Shown piece by piece: positions 1 through 7,367 of a stretch of DNA of 43,412 bases. The translations under genes and the position numbers were made by a program. The stretch lies in the NCBI GenBank assembly GCA_031553685.1, contig JAVBLE010000033.1, positions 1-43,412 of the forward strand, given 5' to 3'. The first letter of the stretch is position 1. Each line of letters opens with the position of its first letter. The DNA comes from Paludibacteraceae bacterium. Its GTDB lineage: Bacteria > Bacteroidota > Bacteroidia > Bacteroidales > Paludibacteraceae. Below the pieces are notes generated by a model. The model made no database searches. It worked only from the letters and a program-made list of their open reading frames with translations, and was not told the DNA's origin.

Positions 1-1
1 T

Positions 2-307
2 TGGTCAAACAAATATCCCTATATAATAAAATCTTGGCTTGATAACTGGAAAAAAATATCGCCCATGTTTGACTTTCCTCAACCTATCAGAAAGCTAATG
101 TATACAACCAATATTATTGAAAGCTTTAACTCGCAGTTGCGTAAAGTAACCAAGTCTAAAAGAGTATTTACCAATGACATGGCTCTTACTAAACTTTTAT
201 TCTTAGTACAGCAAAAGATATTGGAAAAGACTGCTCCTATTGCCGCTTGGAAAGAAATTTTAGCCGAGTTTATTATTTTATTTGAGAAAAGATGGTACAT
301 TAGCTGA
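2..307 (+). mobile_element. IS256-family (mutator-type) transposase, C-terminal fragment; the 5' part lies outside the window
   Basis: The frame is open from nt 2. Translation ...KSWLDNWKKISPMFDFPQPIRKLMYTTNIIESFNSQLRKVTKSKRVFTNDMALTKLL... matches the conserved IS256 transposase C-terminus (YTTNxIES, RKVTK motifs). Confidence 0.7.
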
Positions 308-500
308 TCCTTTCCCCCGTTGACACAGTTTAATGAACAGACCCCTTTTTACTCCCTCTTTGGGTGTAAATCCTGATTGAGAAAGTCGATTACCCGAATA
401 TTCCAAATATAATTTCTTAATGAATAATCTTTTTTCCGTATTTTTGGCAAAGCAAATTGAATTTTTATTCTTCATTCCTAATTTTTAATTAAAAATAAGT

Positions 501-1754
501 ATGGCTCTGAATTATATTTGGGTAGCGTTTTTCTTGGTGGGTTTTGTGGTTGCTATTGCCCGCTTTTTGTTTATGGGCGATGTGGATGTGTTTCAGCAGA
601 TGGTGGCGAGTACTTTTGATATGTCGAAACTGGCTATTATGAATATTGCTTTGCCGCTGGCGGGGGTGATGACACTGTGGTTGGGACTGATGAATATCGG
701 CGAAAAGGCAGGTGCGATTAATTTCTTGTCGCGCATTATCGGACCGTTTTTCTCAAAATTATTTCCCGAAGTTCCGAAAAACCATCCGGTGAACGGACAG
801 TTGGTGATGAATTTTTCGGCTAATATGCTGGGGCTGGATAACGCGGCTACTCCGCTCGGACTGAAGGCGATGAACAGCTTGCAGGAGCTGAATCCGGATA
901 AGGACAAGGCGTCGAATGCGCAGATTATGTTCCTGGCGCTGAATACTTCGGGGCTTACTATTATCCCGGTGTCTATCCTGGCTATGCGCTCGCTGGTGAA
1001 GGGTCCTGCCGGGGAGCTGGCGGCTAACCCTACGGATGTGTTTGTGCCGCTATTGCTGACAACAGCGGTGGCGATGCTTTCGGCTGTTCTTTTTGTGGGG
1101 ATTAAACAGAAACTAAACCTGTGGAACCGGACAGTTATGGGCTGGATTGGCGGCATTATGCTTCTTTTGGCAGGCATTGTTTGGGGCGTTTCGCAGTTGA
1201 GCCAGGAAGAGATGCAGACGGTGTCGAAGGTGGTGAGTAATTTGCTGTTGTTGTTTATTATTGTGGTGTTTATCGGCGGGGCGCTTTGGCGCAGGGTGAA
1301 TGTGTATAATGCGTTTATCGAGGGGGCAAAGTCGGGTTTTGAGACGGCGGTGAAGATACTGCCGTTTATGGTGGGCATGCTTGTGGGGATTGGTGTTTTT
1401 CGTGCTTCGGGCGCGATGGAGTTGTTGATGGATGGTTTTCGTCATGGGTTTGCTTTTCTGGGCTTGAATACGGATTTTGTGGATGCGCTTCCGGTTGCTT
1501 TTATGAAACCGCTGAGCGGCAGTGGTGCCAAGGCGATGATGGTGGAAACGATGTCGACTTTCGGTCCCGATTCGTTTGCCGGCAAACTGTCATGTTTGTT
1601 TCAGGGCGCGGCGGATACTACTTTTTATATTGTGGCGTTGTATTTTGGTTCGGTGGGGATTAAGAATACGCGGTATGCTGTTGGTGCGGGTTTGTTTGTT
1701 GATTTGATGGGTGTGCTGGCGGCTGTTGTTTTTGGGTATTTGTTTTTTGGGTAA
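501..1754 (+). CDS. Nucleoside-recognition (Gate) domain membrane protein, fused SpmA/SpmB-like
   Basis: A 417-aa polytopic membrane ORF with two Gate-like halves, of the type annotated as nucleoside transporter or spore maturation protein A/B. There is a TTG...TAATTTTT promoter-like sequence upstream. Confidence 0.6.
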   Translation: MALNYIWVAFFLVGFVVAIARFLFMGDVDVFQQMVASTFDMSKLAIMNIALPLAGVMTLWLGLMNIGEKAGAINFLSRIIGPFFSKLFPEVPKNHPVNGQLVMNFSANMLGLDNAATPLGLKAMNSLQELNPDKDKASNAQIMFLALNTSGLTIIPVSILAMRSLVKGPAGELAANPTDVFVPLLLTTAVAMLSAVLFVGIKQKLNLWNRTVMGWIGGIMLLLAGIVWGVSQLSQEEMQTVSKVVSNLLLLFIIVVFIGGALWRRVNVYNAFIEGAKSGFETAVKILPFMVGMLVGIGVFRASGAMELLMDGFRHGFAFLGLNTDFVDALPVAFMKPLSGSGAKAMMVETMSTFGPDSFAGKLSCLFQGAADTTFYIVALYFGSVGIKNTRYAVGAGLFVDLMGVLAAVVFGYLFFG

Positions 1755-1768
1755 GATCGCATTTTGTT

Positions 1769-1800
1769 CCGTAGGGGCGTTGCATGCAACGCCCCTACGG
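1769..1800. repeat. REP element copy 1: perfect 32-bp palindrome CCGTAGGGGCGTTGCATGCAACGCCCCTACGG
   Basis: Read directly. The same core recurs at 2097, 2441 and 5251. It lies immediately upstream of the RAYT gene. Confidence 0.85.
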
Positions 1801-1819
1801 GACATCTTCATAACTTTAT

Positions 1820-2395
1820 ATGTCATATAATTCTAAAACACATAATCGCCGTAGCATTCGGTTGAAGGATTATGATTATTCGCAGGCAGGCTTGTATTTT
1901 GTAACTATTTGTGTACATAACAGGGAATGTTTGTTTGGTGAAATTGCTGATGGACACATAAGCTTGTCGAATATTGGCACTATTGCTGATTTATTATGGT
2001 TTGAAATAAAAAATCATGCGCCTAATGTGGAATTGTGCGAATTTGTTGTGATGCCAAATCATATTCATGGGATTATTGAGATAAAAGACTTACCGTCCGT
2101 AGGGGCGTTGCATGCAACGCCCCTACATGCAACGCATCCACAACCGGACGAACCCTGCAAGCAGAAAAATGAATATATGGCAGCTATTTCGCCCAAAGCA
2201 GGTACACTGTCAACAATTATTCGTTCGTACAAATCGGCGGTATCAAGGCACGCTCATCGTTTAGGTTACATATTTGCATGGCAACGCAGCTTTCACGAAC
2301 ACATTATTCGAGATAATAATGACCATGCGCGTATTGCCGAATATATCAAAAACAATCCTGACATGTGGACAGATGATTGTTTTTACAAAGAATAA
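1820..2395 (+). CDS. REP-associated tyrosine transposase (RAYT, IS200/IS605-like Y1 HUH transposase)
   Basis: HUH motif HIHGII, catalytic Tyr region SYKSAVS, WQRSFHEHIIRD and YIKNNP tail. REP palindromes lie just upstream (1769) and downstream (2441). A full REP copy also lies inside the ORF at 2097-2139, translated as VGALHATPLHATH. Confidence 0.75.
   Translation: MSYNSKTHNRRSIRLKDYDYSQAGLYFVTICVHNRECLFGEIADGHISLSNIGTIADLLWFEIKNHAPNVELCEFVVMPNHIHGIIEIKDLPSVGALHATPLHATHPQPDEPCKQKNEYMAAISPKAGTLSTIIRSYKSAVSRHAHRLGYIFAWQRSFHEHIIRDNNDHARIAEYIKNNPDMWTDDCFYKE
2097..2139. repeat. REP element copy 2 (core plus ATGCAACGC extension), located inside the RAYT coding sequence in-frame
   Basis: ccgtaggggcgttgcatgcaacgcccctacatgcaacgcatcc; the ORF stays open across it. 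Confidence 0.8.
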
Positions 2396-2408
2396 AAAAA
2401 ACAATAAT

Positions 2409-2879
2409 ATGATAACTTACCAAATCGAAAAGGACACCCTCCGTAGGGGCGTTGCATGCAACGCCCCTACATGCAACTCCCCAATCAAAATCCCCAACCT
2501 AAAACGCCGCGAAACCACCCAATGGATCAAAACCATCGCCCAACAATACAACCTGAAAGTGGGCGATGTAAATTACATCTTTTGTTCCGACGAGAAAATA
2601 CTGGAAATAAACCGTGAGTATCTGCAACACGATTATTACACCGATATAATAACTTTCGACTATACTGAAAACGGCAAGATTTCGGGCGATATTTTTATCA
2701 GCCTCGACACGGTAAAATCGAATGCCGAAAAGTATAAGGTTGCGTTTGAACAGGAATTGCACCGCGTGATTATCCACGGCATACTGCACCTTTGCGGACA
2801 GAAAGACAAGTTGCCGAAAGACCGTGCCGAAATGACACGAAAGGAAGATGAGGCGTTGAAATTGTTGTCAAACCTATGA
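2409..2879 (+). CDS. ybeY: Endoribonuclease YbeY (rRNA maturation factor)
   Basis: HGILHLCGQKD zinc-binding motif and the YbeY fold sequence DIITFDY...FISLDTV. The only in-frame ATG is at 2409 (MITYQ...). A REP copy (2441-2482) is translated in-frame as RRGVACNAPTCNS near the N-terminus. The longer ORF from 2274 overlaps RAYT and is not credible. Confidence 0.8.
   Translation: MITYQIEKDTLRRGVACNAPTCNSPIKIPNLKRRETTQWIKTIAQQYNLKVGDVNYIFCSDEKILEINREYLQHDYYTDIITFDYTENGKISGDIFISLDTVKSNAEKYKVAFEQELHRVIIHGILHLCGQKDKLPKDRAEMTRKEDEALKLLSNL
2441..2482. repeat. REP element copy 3, in-frame inside the 5' end of ybeY
   Basis: ccgtaggggcgttgcatgcaacgcccctacatgcaactcccc. Confidence 0.8.
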
Positions 2880-3063
2880 CAACAGGTTTTGATAAAATAA
2901 GAAGGACAATACACAAACAATAGAAGTATCGTCATGCGTTTAACTATCAATGTTTTACTTATTCAAAAATAAGAAAACGAAAGCAGAAAATATCTTTTGC
3001 CTTCGTTTTTTCACAATCTTTATTAATCGGTATTGTTTAGTAACTTTCTCATTCCGAGCACCA

Positions 3064-4962
3064 TTACTCTTTTTTGACGCTATAGGCATCGCCATCCCAT
3101 TGTATATCATTCCTAAACTGTATTCTGCTTGCCAACTCTTGGATAGCCGGTTGGGTCAAGCCCTTATTTCCCCTCAAATTTAATTCGAAGCGCACATACA
3201 GGTTAAGGTTAGTCCAATCCCTTAAACTCTCGTCGGTCAATTGATTGTTTTTACAATATAAATACTTAATTCTGGTATTATTGTCAAAGATGATAGTCGT
3301 TAGTTGGTTGTCCGAACAATATAGTGATTCTAAATAGGCACTGTTACTTACATTCAGCTTGCGCAATTGGTTATTGTTGCAAGATATTTTTGTGAGTCTG
3401 TTGTTTTTACTCAGATCCAAATCCGTCAACAAATTATTTTCGCAATCCAACCGGTTTAATTCAACACAAGCACTTGTATTTAATGCCTTTATCCTATTGT
3501 TGCCGCAATTAAGCAATCCAAGATTTGTATTATTACTCAAATCCAATGCATTCAAATTATTATTATTACAAGCAAAAATTCTCAGCCTGTGGTTATTGCC
3601 GGTATCCAATGTATCTATACGGTTGTAGCTGCATTCCAATTCTTGAAGCGCCGCATTGTTCGATAAATTTAGTTTTTGCAATTGATTATTGTGGCATTTT
3701 ACCGTTTCCAAATCGACACACCGGTCTAAATTCAAAGCACTCAATTTATTATACCCACAATCCAACAGCTTAAGTTTTGTGCAATTATTCAAGTTCAATT
3801 CTGTTAATTGATTGCTGCCACATACCAGTGTGTCTATATTATAACAATTGGCAACATTCAGCTTCGTCAATTTATTATTCTCGCAATACAATTTTTTGAG
3901 TTTCGTATTTTTACTTAAATCCAACTTTGCAAATTGCGACTGCCTAATATTTAGCTCTTCCAGTTTCCGGCAATTACTCACATCCAGCGATTTCAATTCA
4001 CCCCAGAGGCGCAATATTTTAAGATTTGTATTCTTGCTCAAATCCAAGCCCAATACTTCGGTAGAAAAATTACAAACCAATATTTCTAAATCAGGAAGAC
4101 TCCTTGTATTCAACCGCTTTAAATTGTACGATCCGAAAAACAATTCCTTAAGTTTCGTATTAGCGCTCAAGTCCAACTCCGCCAGCCGGCTATCGAGGTA
4201 AACCAATCGCTCCAAATCAGGATAAATACTCGTGTCCAGCCTGTCCAGCCTGTTTCCTGTACAATCCAGCACAAGAAGTTTCCGGTTGTTCGCAATCAAC
4301 GAAGTAAGCTCATTGTTGTTGCAAATCAACCCTTCCAGATTTGAAAAAGAATTAGTATTCAGCGTGCTCAGTTTATTGTAGCTGCAATCCAATCTCTTAA
4401 GATTAGAACAATTACCAATCGTCAATTCGGGCAAAAGATTATGATTGCAATCAAGATATTCCAGCTTGGAGAAACCATCCAGATACAACTCCTGCAACCC
4501 GTTATGATTGCAAATCAATTCCTTCAGGTTAACATTATTGTTGTTTATATTCAATCCATAAAAACCATTATCGCTACAATCCACCACCTCCAATTTAGCA
4601 CAAGAATCGATAACCAGCCAGTACTCAAAACCCTGAAAATCATACTCACTCATGTAAATCCTATGACACTCAAACCGTTTTAAATACGAAAACCCACTAA
4701 TTATAATATCATCCACAGCCGTAGCATGATTTAAAGACAACCCGGTCAAATGCCTCAGACTATCAGTATCCCAAACGCAACCCTCCCATTCACCGTAATC
4801 GTCCCCCGCCCAGTTCGCATATTTCTCCGAAAACTTCGCAGCAATCCCCCGCAGTTTATCCACATCAGTAGCATCATAAACATTCCCGTCGCTACCCTTA
4901 TATTGAGCCGCCGCACACAAAAAAACAAAAACAAAAAACAAAACCAGGTTAAATCTCTTCAT
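3064..4962 (-). CDS. Secreted leucine-rich-repeat (LRR) protein
   Basis: Signal peptide MKRFNLVLFFVFVFLCAAAQ, followed by more than 20 tandem 22-residue LxxLxCxxNxLxxLxL repeats across the ORF. Confidence 0.8.
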   Translation of the reverse strand: MKRFNLVLFFVFVFLCAAAQYKGSDGNVYDATDVDKLRGIAAKFSEKYANWAGDDYGEWEGCVWDTDSLRHLTGLSLNHATAVDDIIISGFSYLKRFECHRIYMSEYDFQGFEYWLVIDSCAKLEVVDCSDNGFYGLNINNNNVNLKELICNHNGLQELYLDGFSKLEYLDCNHNLLPELTIGNCSNLKRLDCSYNKLSTLNTNSFSNLEGLICNNNELTSLIANNRKLLVLDCTGNRLDRLDTSIYPDLERLVYLDSRLAELDLSANTKLKELFFGSYNLKRLNTRSLPDLEILVCNFSTEVLGLDLSKNTNLKILRLWGELKSLDVSNCRKLEELNIRQSQFAKLDLSKNTKLKKLYCENNKLTKLNVANCYNIDTLVCGSNQLTELNLNNCTKLKLLDCGYNKLSALNLDRCVDLETVKCHNNQLQKLNLSNNAALQELECSYNRIDTLDTGNNHRLRIFACNNNNLNALDLSNNTNLGLLNCGNNRIKALNTSACVELNRLDCENNLLTDLDLSKNNRLTKISCNNNQLRKLNVSNSAYLESLYCSDNQLTTIIFDNNTRIKYLYCKNNQLTDESLRDWTNLNLYVRFELNLRGNKGLTQPAIQELASRIQFRNDIQWDGDAYSVKKE

Positions 4963-4994
4963 AGTAAAATTATTAAGAATTCATTAAAAAACAT

Positions 4995-5113
4995 TTGGGC
5001 GCGTCCCCGCCGCGTGCCCATTTTGGATGCGTAGGGGTAGACCTATGTGTCTGCCCGGTCGTTAAACCATTCGTACACAGGGTCGGGGTCGGGCTGTCCG
5101 CTATACTCCTCGC
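4995..5113. repeat. GC-rich repeat family 2, copy A (TTGGGCGCGTCCCC...CCCATTTTGGA...CGGGGTCGGGCTGTCCGCTATACTCCTCGC)
   Basis: Shares a 30-bp core with 21318-21349 and 39926-39956, and a 5' module with 39876-39915. It lies directly upstream of the minus-strand LRR gene start. Confidence 0.6.
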
Positions 5114-5250
5114 TCGCATCCCTATCCGGTTCGTAGAGCCGTGGCGCGCCGCGGCTCTACCACATCCCTATCCGGTTCGCTGCGGGGTGCCGCTCCCATC
5201 CCTCGCGCATCCGCCCTGCGGGACGGGTTGGCGCACCGTCCGTTATCCTA

Positions 5251-5294
5251 CCGTAGTAGGAGCGTTGCATGCAACGCCCCTACAATGCATCTCC
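5251..5294. repeat. REP element copy 4 (slightly diverged: CCGTAGTAGGAGCGTTGCATGCAACGCCCCTACAATGCATCTCC)
   Basis: Read directly; embedded in the GC-rich structured island 4980-5425. Confidence 0.75.
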
Positions 5295-5424
5295 GTACCC
5301 CGTATTATTCACCGCTACTCCTCGTTTCCCAGCGAGGAGTCCATGGCTTTGTGTTTCAAAACACCTTACCAAATCCCCCCTCGCTCGAAAGTGAAGGGGG
5401 AAACGAAGAGCGACAAGCGCTTAA

Positions 5425-6465
5425 TTATTTTTTATTAAAGTAATATCTAAGCCCTAATTGCAAATTACCCACTCCAATACCTTCCCTTTCGTCTTCTTCC
5501 AATTCAATCGTCGACTTATGTCCATTGGCTTCCATAGTCATTTCATTCAACGCCCCGGCTATAGCCGAATAGTTTAGTCCGATACCCCAATTCTTATCAA
5601 ACCGGTAATCAACACCCAGTGCGAAATAACCTCCAACAGTATTTCCGCTAAATGAGGCATTTATATTATTGTAATCCTTCAGAGTGAATTTTTCTTTAAA
5701 TCTGTTGTAACCTACACCTATCCCAAGATTGAATAACCACTTAGCATTGGCAGAGCTTAAACGAAGCATAAAAGCAGGTCCGACAAACAAAATCCGATCG
5801 TTAGGTTTTGCCAGAATTTCACCTTGATAATTTTGAAGGTCTTTGTCGGTATTGGCATTATACTGCGAATAAACAAGGCGCATACCGATATAATCAGTAA
5901 AATAATAATCGCCAAAAATATCAAAACTCCATCCGTTCATTAAATCTTCAAACACTGCTCTTTGTTGAGGCGAAAGATTCGTGGCTATTTCGGCAGTACG
6001 CCAGCCCCAACCTGCGTTAAAACCTAATGTAGCTACAGGAGGTTTCGCTTTTACGGGAGAGGAACTGATAGATTTTTGCCAATATTGTGTATCAGCAGCC
6101 AATGTAGAATCATTAGCAGTTGCGTTTATGCGCAACACAGTAGCGTCGAATTGATGACACGAACTTTTAAAAGAAGGTCGCAAATGGTTGTTTATATACA
6201 CGGCATTTCCCCCCAATTTGCGTGCTTCTTGTTTTACTAAATTTATCATGGTGGATGAATCGCATTTCATGGTAGAACCGCCATCTTTAGCCGAAACATT
6301 TCCCAATGTAACCCACTTGGAAGGCACTTTGTTACTGTCTTTATAAACAGCAACAAATGCAGTATCGTTTAACGCAGGATATTTCTTTAATACAGATGTA
6401 GTAATCTTTGGATTACATGCACAAAGTAAATAACCCATAGCAAAGAAGAAGATTAGCTTTTTCAT
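5425..6465 (-). CDS. Lipoprotein with C-terminal outer-membrane beta-barrel-like domain (hypothetical)
   Basis: ATG at 6465 gives MKKLIFFFAMGYLLCAC (lipobox Cys). The C-terminal half has alternating hydrophobic beta-strand character and ends ...LGLRYYFNKK. The upstream TTG extension is unlikely. Confidence 0.5.
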   Translation of the reverse strand: MKKLIFFFAMGYLLCACNPKITTSVLKKYPALNDTAFVAVYKDSNKVPSKWVTLGNVSAKDGGSTMKCDSSTMINLVKQEARKLGGNAVYINNHLRPSFKSSCHQFDATVLRINATANDSTLAADTQYWQKSISSSPVKAKPPVATLGFNAGWGWRTAEIATNLSPQQRAVFEDLMNGWSFDIFGDYYFTDYIGMRLVYSQYNANTDKDLQNYQGEILAKPNDRILFVGPAFMLRLSSANAKWLFNLGIGVGYNRFKEKFTLKDYNNINASFSGNTVGGYFALGVDYRFDKNWGIGLNYSAIAGALNEMTMEANGHKSTIELEEDEREGIGVGNLQLGLRYYFNKK

Positions 6466-6550
6466 AATAAGGTTCGGTTTTATTTTATAATAACACAAAA
6501 ATAAATTAAAACTTTATTAAATCGACAAAAACATATTACAAAATATCGAT

Positions 6551-6819
6551 TAACCTCAGTTCGATTAATCAAAAATTTACACAGAGAAATATTTTACTTT
6601 GATCAAAACCTTGTTTTTTAGATTGCACTTAGGCTAACTCAAGCTTTCAAAAGAGAAACACGGAGCTACACAGAGTGAAAAATCAAAGATTTTTCTCCTC
6701 TCTGTAGCTCTCTGTGAAGCTCGAATGCAATTTTCAAGAAAAAACCTCAGGTTAAAAACCAATCACAAGGTTTGAGATTACATTTTCTCTGTGTAAAATA
6801 ATAATCGAACTGAGGTTAT
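6551..6819. mobile_element. MITE-like long-hairpin element with about 38-bp imperfect terminal inverted repeats (TAACCTCAGTTCGATTA...TTTACACAGAGAAA)
   Basis: The left end 6551-6590 is the reverse complement of the right end 6781-6819. Nested inner inverted repeats (AAAACCTTG/CAAGGTTT; CTACACAGAG/CTCTCTGTAG) surround a GAAAAATCAAAGATTTTTC hairpin. A related copy is at 32295-32434. Confidence 0.5.
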
Positions 6820-6830
6820 TAAAATGAAAA

Positions 6831-7259
6831 TTAGGGCAAACGCACGAAATTTGCCCTAAAGTAAAAAACAGTCAGGGCTTCACTTTGAGTGAATCCCTGA
6901 CTTATCAAGAAATTACGGTTTATTCTCGGTGTTTTATGGTCTCGGATTTTCCGAATAGGAAAAACCTTGTTGTTTTTTGTTTTCGGAAATTCCGAACGGG
7001 CAAAACCTTGCACTTTTATAGTTTCGGAAATTCCGAACGGGCAAAAGCTTGTGTTTTTATCCTCTCGGTATTTCCGAATGAGCAAATACTCTCGCTTTTA
7101 TGCCTTCGGAATTTCCGAATGAATAAAAGCTCGGTGTTTTACGCTTCCGGAATTTCCGGATGGATTTTTACTGCTTATTTTGGCTTTTCGGAATTTCTTT
7201 TTATTGTCGGAGTAAAACTCCTTTTGAGTAAATTAGCAAATTTCGTGCGTTTGCCCTAA
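6831..7259. repeat. Composite element: 24-bp terminal inverted repeats (TTAGGGCAAACGCACGAAATTTGC) enclosing a terminator-like hairpin and seven tandem repeats of about 41 bp, each with a TTCGGAAATTCCGAA-type palindrome
   Basis: 6831-6854 is the reverse complement of 7236-7259. The array is at 6934-7222 (units start TTTTA..., end ...AAAACCTTG). Unit 6 has the compensatory variant TCCGGAATTTCCGGA. Confidence 0.6.
6871..6901. repeat. Hairpin GTCAGGGCTTCACTTTGAGTGAATCCCTGAC (second copy in opposite orientation at 41710-41740)
   Basis: 12-bp stem; flanked by an A/T run. On the minus strand it reads hairpin then TGTTTTTT. Confidence 0.5.
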
Positions 7260-7367
7260 ATGAAAATACAACACACCCATTAATTCGGAATTAATCGTTA
7301 ATTTTGTTCCTCAAAATAAATAATTCCGATTGTAAATTGTAAATCATAAAATAGTAAATACACCCCC

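Noticed and set aside
2274-2408. Long N-terminal extension of ybeY from 2274, overlapping the RAYT gene
   Set aside because: It overlaps the 3' end of RAYT in another frame. The conserved YbeY sequence begins only after the ATG at 2409.
3359-4683. Plus-strand ORFs (3359..3628, 3525..3773, 3848..4201, 4441..4683) inside the LRR gene
   Set aside because: Low-complexity shadow ORFs on the strand opposite a well-supported LRR coding sequence, with no motifs.
4995-5443. ORFs 4995..5438 and 5141..5443 in the GC-rich island
   Set aside because: Their sequences are translations of REP and other palindromic repeats (e.g. SVACNAPT). There are no start context or coding features.
6934-7222. CRISPR array interpretation of the 41-bp tandem repeats (also 42981-43220)
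   Set aside because: The units are contiguous with no unique spacers. The variable part is the hairpin itself, there is no cas gene nearby, and the period and unit conservation are unlike CRISPR repeat-spacer organisation.
6831-7259. ORFs 6885..7259 (+) and 6831..7085 (-) across array 1
   Set aside because: Periodic peptide sequence generated by the tandem DNA repeat; not coding.
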